Positions 10,603 to 21,777 of a DNA stretch of 64,000 nucleotides are shown here, piece by piece (positions within the stretch are counted from its first letter, which is position 1; the number at the start of each line of letters is the position of its first letter). The notes beneath the pieces are model-generated. The model saw only the letters and a list, made by a program, of their open reading frames with translations. It searched no databases and had not been told where the DNA came from. The translations under genes were made by a program, and so were the position numbers. The stretch is from a virus. Lineage: Duplodnaviria > Heunggongvirae > Uroviricota > Caudoviricetes. The stretch is taken from positions 160,001-224,000 of the IMG/VR virus record IMGVR_UViG_3300029288_000055; one strand, written 5' to 3'.

Positions 10603-10633
10603 AAAAAAGGTGATCTATCGATCACCTTTTTTT
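10603..10633. terminator. Bidirectional intrinsic terminator
   Basis: AAAAAAGGTGATC-tatc-GATCACCTTTTTT between convergent genes. Confidence 0.85.
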
Positions 10634-10646
10634 ATTTATCTATTGA

Positions 10647-12323
10647 TTACTGTAAGTCACCAATTCCGAAAGTCTGAAGACCATCGCAGAAGATTCTTCC
10701 ATAGTATCTGTTTAATACCATTTTCTTTGCATAACGAGTCATGATACCACGAATAGGTGTGAAATCAAATGGGTTATACATTACAGGTGTTAACTGCATA
10801 GGTACGTAAGGAGCGTAAATGTAACCTGTTTCCAAGATACTTGTTCCTTTATGTCCAACTAATACTGTGTTAGCTGGTGCGTATGGGTCACGATATACCT
10901 GATATCTTCCACTAAGAGTACCGATTTTTTCAATACCCATGTTATACTTATCCTGTTCAGGAGCAGCATTACTTACGTGGAAATATTCAAGGTCATCGAA
11001 TACTGCACTTACTTCAGGTGATACAACAATCCAAGAAGCTCCACCACGAAGGGTTGACTTATGAATTTGTGCTGAAATCTGGTTGATCTTTGTAATCAAT
11101 GTTTGATTCCAGTCTTTCTGTACACCATAATATGTAACAGTTCCTTTACGAAGACCATTATAGTCCCATCTTGCAGTCCAAGCAGCACCACGTCTTAAAT
11201 CACGAAGGATTTCACGGTCAATTTCAGCAGCCATTTGTTCTGAAAGAAGAGCAGTTAACTCAGCTTCAGCGTCAATGTTGTGGAATGCACTAACGTCCTG
11301 TGCCAATTCAGGTGTCCACATAGCACGCATTTTACGTGTTTCTACAGATACTGTTACTTGGTCAAGTACGAAAGTTACTTCAGCCATTCTTGAATCTTCT
11401 TCAAGATCACTGTATACTCTGTAAGTTGCAGTGAAAGTGATACCAGAAGCTACGGTTGAAGCACTAAGTGCTTGATATCCGTTTGTTCCAGCGTATTGTA
11501 CGTCAGCAATAAGAACGATTTGACCAAGTTTGTTAACAATAGCCTGTCCGTATTTCTGAACTTTTACGTTAAAAGGAATTGCCTGACCAGCAGTGATACT
11601 ACCATCAGTTGCATAAGGAGCAGGAGCAACTAAGTTTACACTTGCAGTTACTCTTAAACCAGCAAGAAATGATTCAGTGTCCATCGGAACACCAGCAGGA
11701 CCAATCAATTTACCTTCATTTGTGATACTGAAACCACTCAATGTTAATGTAACATATTTATCAACACCAACTGTCCAAGAAGAAGCTACTGTTGCGCCTG
11801 TTACGACTGTTAATTCACCTTTTGAACGATCAAATAATGAAGTACCTTCTTCTGCGTATTCGGTTGCATAGAAAGCATCATACAATGAACGACTTTCAAA
11901 TTGTGTTTTTGCACTAAGTGCAAGAGTTGCAGCATTTCCATATGCACCATCTGGTGATGTATGTTGTAGACCTTGTGGTGCTACTCTAACGCTTGCTTTT
12001 GGATTGATGTAGTACAATTTACCAATCGGTAAGTTAAGTGCCTGTACAGACACGATGTCATTTGCTAACAATTTAGCAAACACTCTACGAATTACAGGGA
12101 ATGCAACGGTTTCAAATTGTCCGCTTGATGTAGAATCTGATGATTCGTTAATCATATGTGACAACTGGTTTTCGAATAACTGTGCGCAGTTTTCTTTCAC
12201 GTTACCTTCAAGACCTTCCAAAAGTCCGATCTTTTCCCAACGGTTTGTTGTTATTTCTCTTTGTTCACGGAGTTGTTTTAAACCAATATTACCAACTTCC
12301 GCACTTTCCATTAAAAATCCCAT
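10647..12323 (-). CDS. Major capsid protein (T4 gp23-like)
   Basis: PVIRRVF..L.A.DIVSVQ, V.V.TRK.RA.WTPELAQD..AFH.IDAEAEL..LLSE...AEIDREI, YAPYVP, RGIMTRYA. Confidence 0.96.
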   Translation of the reverse strand: MGFLMESAEVGNIGLKQLREQREITTNRWEKIGLLEGLEGNVKENCAQLFENQLSHMINESSDSTSSGQFETVAFPVIRRVFAKLLANDIVSVQALNLPIGKLYYINPKASVRVAPQGLQHTSPDGAYGNAATLALSAKTQFESRSLYDAFYATEYAEEGTSLFDRSKGELTVVTGATVASSWTVGVDKYVTLTLSGFSITNEGKLIGPAGVPMDTESFLAGLRVTASVNLVAPAPYATDGSITAGQAIPFNVKVQKYGQAIVNKLGQIVLIADVQYAGTNGYQALSASTVASGITFTATYRVYSDLEEDSRMAEVTFVLDQVTVSVETRKMRAMWTPELAQDVSAFHNIDAEAELTALLSEQMAAEIDREILRDLRRGAAWTARWDYNGLRKGTVTYYGVQKDWNQTLITKINQISAQIHKSTLRGGASWIVVSPEVSAVFDDLEYFHVSNAAPEQDKYNMGIEKIGTLSGRYQVYRDPYAPANTVLVGHKGTSILETGYIYAPYVPMQLTPVMYNPFDFTPIRGIMTRYAKKMVLNRYYGRIFCDGLQTFGIGDLQ

Positions 12324-12343
12324 TTTATAAATGTTTTAAATTT

Positions 12344-13975
12344 TTACTTTATTATTTTTTTGCCTCTGTTTTCTATGGTTTCAATAAGTTTTCTCATTCT
12401 CTGAATGTGTTTATCGTCTGCATAGGCTGTTTTTTCAACTACTTCATCGAGTTTTTGTTTTGAAGACGGCTGTATAGAAGCAGATACTTTATTTTCAATA
12501 CTTTCTGTAAGAGTTTTCTTACCTACCTTCATTTCTGAAATAAGGTTCTTATAAACTTTTACCGATGAAGCGATACTATCAACTTTTTTAAATTCATTGA
12601 TAATTTTAATTTTATCCTCTTGTGTCAACGCCAGTTCTTCATTTACCAATAGGTTATTTACATGAGCCAAATTGGTATTGAAAACTGCCATTTCTTTCAA
12701 CTGTCCACGATATTTGTCCAGTGCGGATTTGTAACTTTCAACTAAAACTGTAACAGTTTCTTTATATTTCTTAGTTTCGTTTAATTTTTTAGTCAATTTC
12801 TTGTTTTCTTCAATTAAACTACTAATCTTTTTCTGTGATTCTTCCATGCCTCCACGCATAGCGGGACGCATTTTGCTAACTGCACTTTGTTTGTATTCTA
12901 CACCCGGTAAAGCAGCAGTTACTTTCTTTTGATTTCCAAGTGTACGTGTTTGACTTTCTTCAACTGATGGTTCACTTGCACCCAATACTGCATTAATGTC
13001 TTCTTCTGAAATTTCCATTGTTTCTCCAAGTTCATCAATCATAGGTTGAGTAGGTCCGCCAGCATTTACCTTGTTAGCACCTTGACCACCATTATTTTTT
13101 TGTTCTTCCATGCCTTTTTCGTCAATTAATTTGTTATCATATGCACCTTGATGCATTTGATCTAATGGGAAATTTCCTTGATGCATTTCACTAACGCCAG
13201 CACCTTTAATTATACTATCGAGTTTGTTTCTCATTTCAACAAGTTCATTATATGGAATACCACTTTCTTTTGCACCTTGATCTTGACCAGCACTTGCATT
13301 AACGCCATCAAGTTCTTCAGCCATATTTCCCATATTTGCAATTTCTTCTTCGATTTGCTCCATTGTAAGGAGTTCATCCATTGGTTGTGCACCATCTAAA
13401 GATTTATCCACACCAATTTGATCAAATTCTGATAAATTATAATTTTCAGAAACATCTTTTTTTGCATTTGCAATTGGTTTTCCTGAAGTTGGACCTTTAA
13501 GTTTTTCGTTAAAAATTTTTCCCTTTTCAGCTTCGCCTTTACCTTGATTTGGTGTATCGCCTTCAACATCTCCCATGAAATCTTTATCACGTTCTTCGTC
13601 AATTTTAGTAGCTTTTTTAGCCTTTTCATCAAATGGGTCACCCTTACCAACAGTATCAGTAATTTTTACATCTTCTGCTACTTTTGCAACAGCTTTTGGC
13701 TTTTCTGCAAAAGGTTTTCCGCTACCAGCAGTTTCTTTAACAACCTTTGGGGTCTCTTTCAAATTTTTCATATCAGATTCTTTATTTGTTTCAGCACTAT
13801 CTATATTAGATTCTTTTGCTGATTTATTTTTATTTAATTCTTCTTTCAATATATTGTTGAATTCCTTTGGGAATTCATCAGCCAATCTTTTTTTAGCATT
13901 AGCATCCGCAGCCTGTTGAATATCTTTATAGTCAGCCAAGGCTTCTTTTACTATCGATTTTTTTTCGTCTTTCAT
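12344..13975 (-). CDS. Prohead core / scaffolding protein (gp22-like)
   Basis: Charged, low-complexity and coiled-coil protein between protease and MCP, with many (L/I/V)xE sites; late motif at 14012-14019. Confidence 0.75.
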   Translation of the reverse strand: MKDEKKSIVKEALADYKDIQQAADANAKKRLADEFPKEFNNILKEELNKNKSAKESNIDSAETNKESDMKNLKETPKVVKETAGSGKPFAEKPKAVAKVAEDVKITDTVGKGDPFDEKAKKATKIDEERDKDFMGDVEGDTPNQGKGEAEKGKIFNEKLKGPTSGKPIANAKKDVSENYNLSEFDQIGVDKSLDGAQPMDELLTMEQIEEEIANMGNMAEELDGVNASAGQDQGAKESGIPYNELVEMRNKLDSIIKGAGVSEMHQGNFPLDQMHQGAYDNKLIDEKGMEEQKNNGGQGANKVNAGGPTQPMIDELGETMEISEEDINAVLGASEPSVEESQTRTLGNQKKVTAALPGVEYKQSAVSKMRPAMRGGMEESQKKISSLIEENKKLTKKLNETKKYKETVTVLVESYKSALDKYRGQLKEMAVFNTNLAHVNNLLVNEELALTQEDKIKIINEFKKVDSIASSVKVYKNLISEMKVGKKTLTESIENKVSASIQPSSKQKLDEVVEKTAYADDKHIQRMRKLIETIENRGKKIIK

Positions 13976-14116
13976 ACTATTTTGTATCGTATCTAATACT
14001 ATAATTTTTATATAAATACATTATTTTTATGAAAAAGCATACTTTTTAATTAAAACATCTTTAATTTTCTTGCTTTTCAAAAAAATAATGTTTATATTCT
14101 GCACTTATAAATTCCA

Positions 14117-14818
14117 TTATAATAAGAACTTATTAACAGCAGTTAATATTTTATTATCTTCTTCCTTAAGATAAATGCCATTCTTTAATACATAATTTTC
14201 ACCAAATCCTTTACTACCTTTATGTTCTGGAAATAAAAATGCACCCGGAGTACTTGGTGTTGCAACTAAGTCAAAACCAATTAATTCAAAATCATTTTGA
14301 ACAAGATTTTCACCATTTATTTCTTTAAGTGTACCAACTCCACGAGAAGATATTCCTAATTTTATTTTGTTTTGTAAATACAATACAATCTTATCACCAA
14401 CTACGGAAACAACACCATAACGAATGTAACCCGGTGATACAATAATTTTTAATTGTCCATATAAAACATTTTCTTGTTCACCTTCACCCCACCACATTTT
14501 TGTTATCATATGTGAGATATTCTGGAGTGAAATAATACTACTATCAGGGTGGTCTGCTTCTGAAACAGCACTATTGGTACTAACCAAATCCTGATAGATA
14601 TTAACTTGTGGTACTAAAACATCTTTGGGGTAAATACGTCCATTTTTATTTTTTACTCCCCACTTCTGTAATATACAGTTAATTAAAACAGGTTCATTTG
14701 GTTTAAGTTCAAAGTTTTCATTGAGAATATCTTTGTTGATCTCTGAATTAATATAACCAGCATCTGTTTCTATTAGAATTCCAAATCCAGTTTCACCTTT
14801 TTGCAGTATTTTGCTCAT
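14117..14818 (-). CDS. Prohead core protease (T4 gp21-like)
   Basis: KNKNGRIYP, E.DHP, SHMI, GISSRGVG (catalytic Ser), FDLVATPSTPGA. Confidence 0.93.
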   Translation of the reverse strand: MSKILQKGETGFGILIETDAGYINSEINKDILNENFELKPNEPVLINCILQKWGVKNKNGRIYPKDVLVPQVNIYQDLVSTNSAVSEADHPDSSIISLQNISHMITKMWWGEGEQENVLYGQLKIIVSPGYIRYGVVSVVGDKIVLYLQNKIKLGISSRGVGTLKEINGENLVQNDFELIGFDLVATPSTPGAFLFPEHKGSKGFGENYVLKNGIYLKEEDNKILTAVNKFLL

Positions 14819-14843
14819 GTTAAATTTCTTTATATATAAATAG

Positions 14844-15005
14844 TTATGTAAAGTATTTTAGCTCAACAACTACTTTAGGTTTTTCTTCTTGTACAGCAAT
14901 TTCTCGGATAATTTCAATATCTTCAATGAATATGCGTGTTTCTAATTCTTTTAATATAGTGCCAAGCTGTAAGTTAACTTCTTTGAGCTTATCCAATTTT
15001 GTCAT
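14844..15005 (-). CDS. Hypothetical 53-aa protein (MTKLDKLKEV...)
   Basis: Manually read ORF filling the gap between 15016 and 14818. Confidence 0.5.
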   Translation of the reverse strand: MTKLDKLKEVNLQLGTILKELETRIFIEDIEIIREIAVQEEKPKVVVELKYFT

Positions 15006-15015
15006 AATAAATATG

Positions 15016-15444
15016 TTAATCCTTCGATGTTAATTTTTCAATTTTTCCCTGAATCTCAATAAGTTTTTGCATAATCTTTTCTGATTCTGATTTACTAAGT
15101 TTGTCGGTTAAATCTAATAAAGTAGAAACACCGTTCAATACATGTAAGGTTTCTTTTTCTGATTCCATCCATTGACGGGTTCTTTCTTCTTCACGTTTTA
15201 ACATTTCCACTCTTATTTTTTCCAATGTATCAGTATGATCTTTTCTAATCAAATCAATTTTAGCTACATGTTGTTGTAATTGCATTGCTTTCATTTCTGC
15301 AGTCTTTTTTTTCAGCAACCATGTCATTCTTAAAAATATTAAGATTGAAATAATACTCATACCAATAATAAGTAAAGCGATAATTAAATGTTGATGAGCA
15401 AGCGATGCTGGTTCAGATTGTAATAATATTTCAAGAAGTATCAT
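15016..15444 (-). CDS. Membrane-anchored coiled-coil late protein (lysis role possible)
   Basis: One TM helix followed by a coiled coil; CTATTTAT motif upstream; divergent from the tail lysin gene. Confidence 0.55.
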   Translation of the reverse strand: MILLEILLQSEPASLAHQHLIIALLIIGMSIISILIFLRMTWLLKKKTAEMKAMQLQQHVAKIDLIRKDHTDTLEKIRVEMLKREEERTRQWMESEKETLHVLNGVSTLLDLTDKLSKSESEKIMQKLIEIQGKIEKLTSKD

Positions 15445-15539
15445 ATTTTTCTTTTTATAATAAATAGTCAGAAGAACTCGTTTGGTACTTTAATTTATAT
15501 GTTTTTTATTAGCACGTATTTATAGATAAAATTAAAAGA

Positions 15540-18500
15540 ATGGCAACAGTAAACACTGGAAACATAATCCTACTCGACCCTAATACGGTGAATACCAATC
15601 CTAACATTACAAATGGAGTTCCACAATATCAAGACATGTTCATTTTTGCAGAACTAAGAGCAATACGTAAAGGAAGAACTGTGTTAGAAACAATGAGCGA
15701 AAGAGGTACTGGTGCTAACGTTATGATAACAGGATTAGAAGATATTAAAGAAGTAAATTTTCTTGGTATAAATCAAAATTCTAAAAGTCCTGATTATCGA
15801 AAATTTACCACAAGATATTATGATGGTAGCAATGACAACAATATTCAATATGAAGGTTTTGGTATGAGTAATATTAAGGTAACTATTAATTCATCATTCA
15901 TTCCGCAGGTAAGTATTCAGTTTATTGACGTAAGAGGTTTAGCGTTTTTTAATCGTGAAAATTCTCCATATAGAATACTGTTTGATTTTCCACCACCAAT
16001 TTTTTATCTTAAGATTAAAGGTTATTATGGTAAGGCATTAGAATATAAATTACACCTTGTTAAATACACTTCTAATTTTAAGTCAGAAAACGGTAATTAT
16101 GTAATTGATGCACAATTTGTTGCAGTTACATATGCTCCTTTGACTGATGTTTTATTCAGGTATATTGTTAATTTTCCATTAATACCTCTATCAAATGGTG
16201 CAATATCATTAAGTGCAAATCCAAACGTTCCGCCTAAAAACACATATGAATTAATTTTAAAGCTAAAAAATTTATATGATAATGTTCAAAAGGAGCTTAA
16301 ATCGCTTTCTGAAACACAAAAATATGACTCTACATTAAATCTATTAACAAATAATACTTCGGTTGTGTCAATGATTGCTGATTATAAACATAAATTAAGA
16401 GATAGTGCAGGTAATGCATATTTAGTATCAGTAGATACATCAGTGCCATATTCACAAACTGCTTCAAATGCAATGCCATTATATCCTTTTGTAATTAATA
16501 ACAATAGCCAACCAACATTGGTTGACGAAAAAAATATTGTTACAATAACAAGTTTTTCTGATTACGATAATATAATTAAATCACTTGGCATACCAGCCAC
16601 TCAAACAAATACAACAAAAAGATTATATATTGTATGTGTTTCTGGTAAAATATCTACAATACCATATACTGGTGTTGAAGATATTACAACAAAAGTTGGT
16701 TTAGCTATGGATACATATAAAGCAGAATTAATAAATGCATATAAAGATGCTGGTAATTCAAATACGAATATTAGTATACCTTCAGTATATTTTAGTAATC
16801 CATATGATGTAACAATATTTAGAGATAATAAACCTTCAACAATATATACTGGTCTTGATATTACTAACTTTTATACGAAATTATATAAAGACAGAGTAGC
16901 ATTAAATCAAACAAAAGCTACACTTAGCAATACAATTAACGGGATTATTAACAATATGATAATGAAAAATCTTGGCATGATGCCAACGATCTATAACATA
17001 TTCAATATAATTTTAAATGATGTTGACACATTTTTTCAAACATTAAGAGATACTTCAATTAGTTCAGAACAACATCACAATCAAGCTGATTACAATAAAA
17101 TCATATTAAGTAAATCACCAGATCAATTTGCTGACATAAATCCACAAACAAATACAACTAAATTATTTTCATTTCCATTAGTAATTGATACTCAAAATAT
17201 CTGTGGTGGACAAAGACAAGTAAAGGTTTCACCAGTAAAAATCAGCCAATTATTGCCACAACCATTTCCTGAACTTACATTGGTAGAAAGTTTTGTTGAA
17301 ACATTTAATAAGCAGAGAAATTTTAGTCAGCTTATGAATGCAAAAAATGAATTAAATGATGATGGTACATATAAATGGATACCTGTTTCACCGCTTGATT
17401 CAAAACTCGGAAGTCCTACTACTCAAACTGCTTATTCGGGTCCGTATTTTGGAGTAGATACCATTGATGGTGGCGGTAGCGTAATGCCAGTTAACGTAAG
17501 TAACGAAAAGAGATTAGCTCAAGTAATAAAAATAATGTTGGATAGATTCTATATTATATCACAAAGTTCATATCCTACAAGTTTTTATGATACTGACAAA
17601 AAGGTTAGTAAAGCATATGTTGAATTCTTTGCAAAATCAGAAGCAGCCAATTTAGCAAACTCTATTACTGAAACAAAATATTCAAACAATATAAAAGATA
17701 ATGCTAATAAATTTAGTAATATTGATAATTTTTACGCATATTTAAGTAACCCAAAGAATAATATTCTTGATCATTATATATTTACACAAGCTGAAAGAAC
17801 CTCATTTCCATTAGCTGGCGACATACCAGCAGATAATGATGCTTATGTAGATAAAACTAATTCAAATTATATGGGTAGTATTGTAAAAAATGAAAAAATT
17901 GATATACAAACATTTACAAAGGACAATACAAAACCCGTTAATGCATTTCAAAATGATGTAATGAGAGGTTTATTTGGAAACATATTTAAAGGTAGAACTG
18001 CTGAAGATTTTTACAATTTTACGAACGAAAATTTATTGTATATTATAGATAAGTTCAGTAAAGATCACGAAGAAGATAGTGATAAAGTTATTCTTGATAA
18101 TAATAATACTAATATTAAAACAAGATTTTTGGATTCAAATGCATACGGAATAGTTCCAGATTTTCCAACCACAAAAGTACAAATTGGTGAAAATCAAGTT
18201 AATAAAATAGATGTAATTCCAAAATTATTAGCAAGTGGCAACACTTATTTTTATAATAAAAATATTGGTGGTTTTAATAAAAGTACGGCACAAAACCTAA
18301 AAAGTTTTGATAAGATCATCAATCCTTGGATAGATCAATTATCAAAACATGATGATGCTATAAAAAAAACAATATTTAGCGGTAATAACCCACTTTATAA
18401 TCAAAAATTAAGTGCATTACTATTTTTATCAAATTATGGTTATACGTTAGGACCATTCAACCAATATCCACATAAATTAAATCAATTAATTTTCAATATT

Positions 18501-20936
18501 GCAGGAGTTATAGAAACACCAACATACCTGCCAGCATATATCGGTGCAATATTAACTGCAATAGATGGCATTGACCCAACATTTACCGTACAAAAAATAG
18601 AAGATTTTTTTACTACTGGTGAAGGACAGGTTCTGGATAGTTTTGGTCTATTTATATTTGCTGATATTCATGATATTGATAAATATTTATCTGCAAAAGA
18701 TAAACAAGTTTATAAAGAACAGTTTGATCTGTTTATGAGTAGTGGTCAATATAATACAATCTTAACTGGTGTTCAAAATATGTATAAAGACGTAACTGGT
18801 AAAACTGTTACTTTAAATAATAGTGTTAATGAAATAATAGCACAAAAGAAAAAATTATATGACTTTTATCTAAATCCAAAATCAACAGAAAGTGGTTCGG
18901 GATTTAGATATTATGAAATTCTTACACCATTAATTACCAGAACTAATATAATAAATTATAGTGACATAACGTTTAGCACTGGCACAACCAAAACAGGATA
19001 TATATCACTTCAAACTTTAAATGCAGATACTACACATCCAAAAATAAAAATGGTTAACGACTCATTTTTCCAAACATTCTTTTCTGAATTATCTTCTAAG
19101 ATAAGTACAAAACAATCTGATTTGAAAAAAGAAGAAATTGCAAACAACAAATTAAAAGGTGATGAAGACATTATAACACAAACATATTATTCGTTCAAAA
19201 ATATTAATGACAAGTGGCTTACAAACCCCGAAAATGCAAATGTTAGGGGTTATCCATCAAATGAGGTTGGTAAAAGTTTAATTGATTCATTTGCTTTTGT
19301 TGACAGGGCAATGAATCCAATTGGCGATACAATAATAAACGCTGAAATACTATTACAAATGCTTGATGACCCAAATATTTCAGTTTTCAGTGTGATATCA
19401 CAAATATTGTCACTTAATGGCTTTGAATTTTTTCCATTACAAAACTTCATGTCTTATACTCAAGATAGTTGGACTGAATCATTTATGATCAGCACTGATG
19501 TAAATACAACACCACGAGCAACATTTGTCTGTATGCTTATTGGCGGTACTTCAAGTTATCCTACAGGAGTAGCAAATGGTTTTGTTGATGATGGTATTAC
19601 TGATTTAAGTACTCAAGCAACTGTTGACTTTAAAACAAAACCACCAATTGACTCTGTGACAAAACAGTTAAATCCAAATATATCAATAAATTCTGAAGAT
19701 GGTAAACAGGTTTCAAGAAATAATAAATTTCCTTGGGGACAAGTTAGAGCATTTAGAGTAAAATTTGGCGAACAGAATCAGTCAATGTTTCTTGATATGA
19801 AAATTGATAGTAAAGAATATCCAGAAACAAATGAATCAATTCAAATTTTGGCAAGGTTAGCTGGTGATAATAAAATACAAGCACCTGTACCTAAAGGTCA
19901 GAATTTATTTAACTTATATGAAAATAGAGCATATAAAGCAACTATCATGGGTATGGGAAATGCTATGATTCAACCAACGCAATATTTTCAATTGGAAAAT
20001 GTACCGCTTTTTAGTGGAGCATATATTATATTAGGTGTTGAACATATAATTGAACCAAATAAAATGAACACAAATTTTTATGGTACAAAAATACTTAGAT
20101 ATCCAGTTCCAAGAGTATTAAATCCTGCAGCAATTATGGGATTTGATGGTGGCGATTCCGATGAAACAAGTCTTAGTGATAAGTCTGCTGGCGAACTTAC
20201 AAAAGGAGTTCAGGCAATAACAATGTCACAACCAAGAATAGATAAACTAAATTCTGTTTTTGGTATAGATGTTTCTAAGTGGCAAGAAAATTTCAATTGG
20301 ACTAATGCAGTTAAAAGCACCAATCCTGATTTTCCAAACCCTCAATTTGCACTAATAAAAGCAAGTCAAGGAGAATCTAAAGATAGATTTGTAATGATGA
20401 ATGCTAATGGTGCAAAAACCGCTGGATTAAAAATTGGATATTATCACTATGCAAAACAATATATTGGTGCAAATATTGAAGCAAATATTATTGCTGATGC
20501 AAAAACACAAGCAAATTTCTTTGTAAGCACTGTCCAAAGTTTACCACATGCACCAGATTTTCCGCTTATATTGGATATGGAAGATGAAACTGATGCTAAT
20601 GGTAATATAATTCGTGGTTGGTCGGTAGATAAAAAGGTTAACGATAAATGGATTAATACATTTGTTGCTGAATTAAAAAATAAAGGATATAATACAATTC
20701 TTTATGGTGGTAAACCATTTTATACTGAAAAAACAAGCAATAATTTTGGTTCACAACCATTATGGCATGCACAATATCCAGAAAAACCCGAACAAACCAA
20801 CCCGACAATTGCAACAGGATGGAAAGACTGGACTATATGGCAATTTAGTTCTAAAGGTAAGATTAATGGAAATAAAGGTGATGTTGATATAAGTGTAATG
20901 AGAAAAAATTTCTTTGATTCGCCTAATACAGCTTAA
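15540..20936 (+). CDS. Large baseplate hub / tail protein with C-terminal GH25 muramidase
   Basis: C-terminal GIDVSKWQ, IKASQG, GYYHYA, LDME, LWHAQY, WQFSSKG...DVD motifs of GH25. Hub-like segment GNAMIQPTQYFQL..VPLFSGAY.I..V.H. Late motif at 15516. Confidence 0.85.
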   Translation: MATVNTGNIILLDPNTVNTNPNITNGVPQYQDMFIFAELRAIRKGRTVLETMSERGTGANVMITGLEDIKEVNFLGINQNSKSPDYRKFTTRYYDGSNDNNIQYEGFGMSNIKVTINSSFIPQVSIQFIDVRGLAFFNRENSPYRILFDFPPPIFYLKIKGYYGKALEYKLHLVKYTSNFKSENGNYVIDAQFVAVTYAPLTDVLFRYIVNFPLIPLSNGAISLSANPNVPPKNTYELILKLKNLYDNVQKELKSLSETQKYDSTLNLLTNNTSVVSMIADYKHKLRDSAGNAYLVSVDTSVPYSQTASNAMPLYPFVINNNSQPTLVDEKNIVTITSFSDYDNIIKSLGIPATQTNTTKRLYIVCVSGKISTIPYTGVEDITTKVGLAMDTYKAELINAYKDAGNSNTNISIPSVYFSNPYDVTIFRDNKPSTIYTGLDITNFYTKLYKDRVALNQTKATLSNTINGIINNMIMKNLGMMPTIYNIFNIILNDVDTFFQTLRDTSISSEQHHNQADYNKIILSKSPDQFADINPQTNTTKLFSFPLVIDTQNICGGQRQVKVSPVKISQLLPQPFPELTLVESFVETFNKQRNFSQLMNAKNELNDDGTYKWIPVSPLDSKLGSPTTQTAYSGPYFGVDTIDGGGSVMPVNVSNEKRLAQVIKIMLDRFYIISQSSYPTSFYDTDKKVSKAYVEFFAKSEAANLANSITETKYSNNIKDNANKFSNIDNFYAYLSNPKNNILDHYIFTQAERTSFPLAGDIPADNDAYVDKTNSNYMGSIVKNEKIDIQTFTKDNTKPVNAFQNDVMRGLFGNIFKGRTAEDFYNFTNENLLYIIDKFSKDHEEDSDKVILDNNNTNIKTRFLDSNAYGIVPDFPTTKVQIGENQVNKIDVIPKLLASGNTYFYNKNIGGFNKSTAQNLKSFDKIINPWIDQLSKHDDAIKKTIFSGNNPLYNQKLSALLFLSNYGYTLGPFNQYPHKLNQLIFNIAGVIETPTYLPAYIGAILTAIDGIDPTFTVQKIEDFFTTGEGQVLDSFGLFIFADIHDIDKYLSAKDKQVYKEQFDLFMSSGQYNTILTGVQNMYKDVTGKTVTLNNSVNEIIAQKKKLYDFYLNPKSTESGSGFRYYEILTPLITRTNIINYSDITFSTGTTKTGYISLQTLNADTTHPKIKMVNDSFFQTFFSELSSKISTKQSDLKKEEIANNKLKGDEDIITQTYYSFKNINDKWLTNPENANVRGYPSNEVGKSLIDSFAFVDRAMNPIGDTIINAEILLQMLDDPNISVFSVISQILSLNGFEFFPLQNFMSYTQDSWTESFMISTDVNTTPRATFVCMLIGGTSSYPTGVANGFVDDGITDLSTQATVDFKTKPPIDSVTKQLNPNISINSEDGKQVSRNNKFPWGQVRAFRVKFGEQNQSMFLDMKIDSKEYPETNESIQILARLAGDNKIQAPVPKGQNLFNLYENRAYKATIMGMGNAMIQPTQYFQLENVPLFSGAYIILGVEHIIEPNKMNTNFYGTKILRYPVPRVLNPAAIMGFDGGDSDETSLSDKSAGELTKGVQAITMSQPRIDKLNSVFGIDVSKWQENFNWTNAVKSTNPDFPNPQFALIKASQGESKDRFVMMNANGAKTAGLKIGYYHYAKQYIGANIEANIIADAKTQANFFVSTVQSLPHAPDFPLILDMEDETDANGNIIRGWSVDKKVNDKWINTFVAELKNKGYNTILYGGKPFYTEKTSNNFGSQPLWHAQYPEKPEQTNPTIATGWKDWTIWQFSSKGKINGNKGDVDISVMRKNFFDSPNTA

Positions 20937-21722
20937 TTATAATAATTCTTTTTTTAGTTCATATAAACCAATAATATCATTATCTACTGTTTGCGGATTG
21001 AATTTCATTTCCTTTAATTTTTTAATGGCACTTGCAATTCTTTCTTTTGCAATAGCATCATTTTCATTTACATTTTCCAAGATATTTAAATTATCAATTT
21101 TATATGTTTCAAGAAGGTTAGCTTTTTCATTATCATCAGATTTTATTAATTTCTGAAGTAATGTTCTATCATCTTCAGTTAATGATTCATATTTAGTATT
21201 GAATTTATCAACGGCAATTTCAATAACATCCTCATTTACAAGATCAGAAACCTCAATACTTTCAGTAAGACTTTGCTTATTGTTTTTAACATGTTCTAAA
21301 ACAAGTGTAAATGATTCGTGAATATTATCTACATCTATTTTATCATAATTACTCAAAGATTCTTTAATTAAATTACCTATAGCAATATATAATTGAACCC
21401 TATTATCGTCAACCTGAACATCTTCTGTAAGAAATGGTTTTAATTTTTGGTGTTCTTTTTCAATTTCTTTAAGCGTCCAAACTTCAAATAATTTAATATT
21501 ATTATCAATATAACGTGTTGCAACCAAATCATTATCAATATGTTTATTTTCGATATTATTAAATACCTTGAATTCTAATTGTAAAATTGGTGAATTTTTT
21601 ACGACAGCAAAAAAATCGTTTGTTAATTCTTTTGATTCCTCAATTAAAGTGTTACTAAAGTAAGCGTCTTTTAATTTTTTAGAAACCACTAAATTAACAA
21701 TTCCTATATTAATGCTTTTCAT
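20937..21722 (-). CDS. Hypothetical head-module protein downstream of portal
   Basis: ORF track; late motif at 21743-21750. Confidence 0.7.
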   Translation of the reverse strand: MKSINIGIVNLVVSKKLKDAYFSNTLIEESKELTNDFFAVVKNSPILQLEFKVFNNIENKHIDNDLVATRYIDNNIKLFEVWTLKEIEKEHQKLKPFLTEDVQVDDNRVQLYIAIGNLIKESLSNYDKIDVDNIHESFTLVLEHVKNNKQSLTESIEVSDLVNEDVIEIAVDKFNTKYESLTEDDRTLLQKLIKSDDNEKANLLETYKIDNLNILENVNENDAIAKERIASAIKKLKEMKFNPQTVDNDIIGLYELKKELL

Positions 21723-21777
21723 ATGATCTAATTTGATTTATTATAAATACTGTAATTAACTATAAATGTATATTTTA

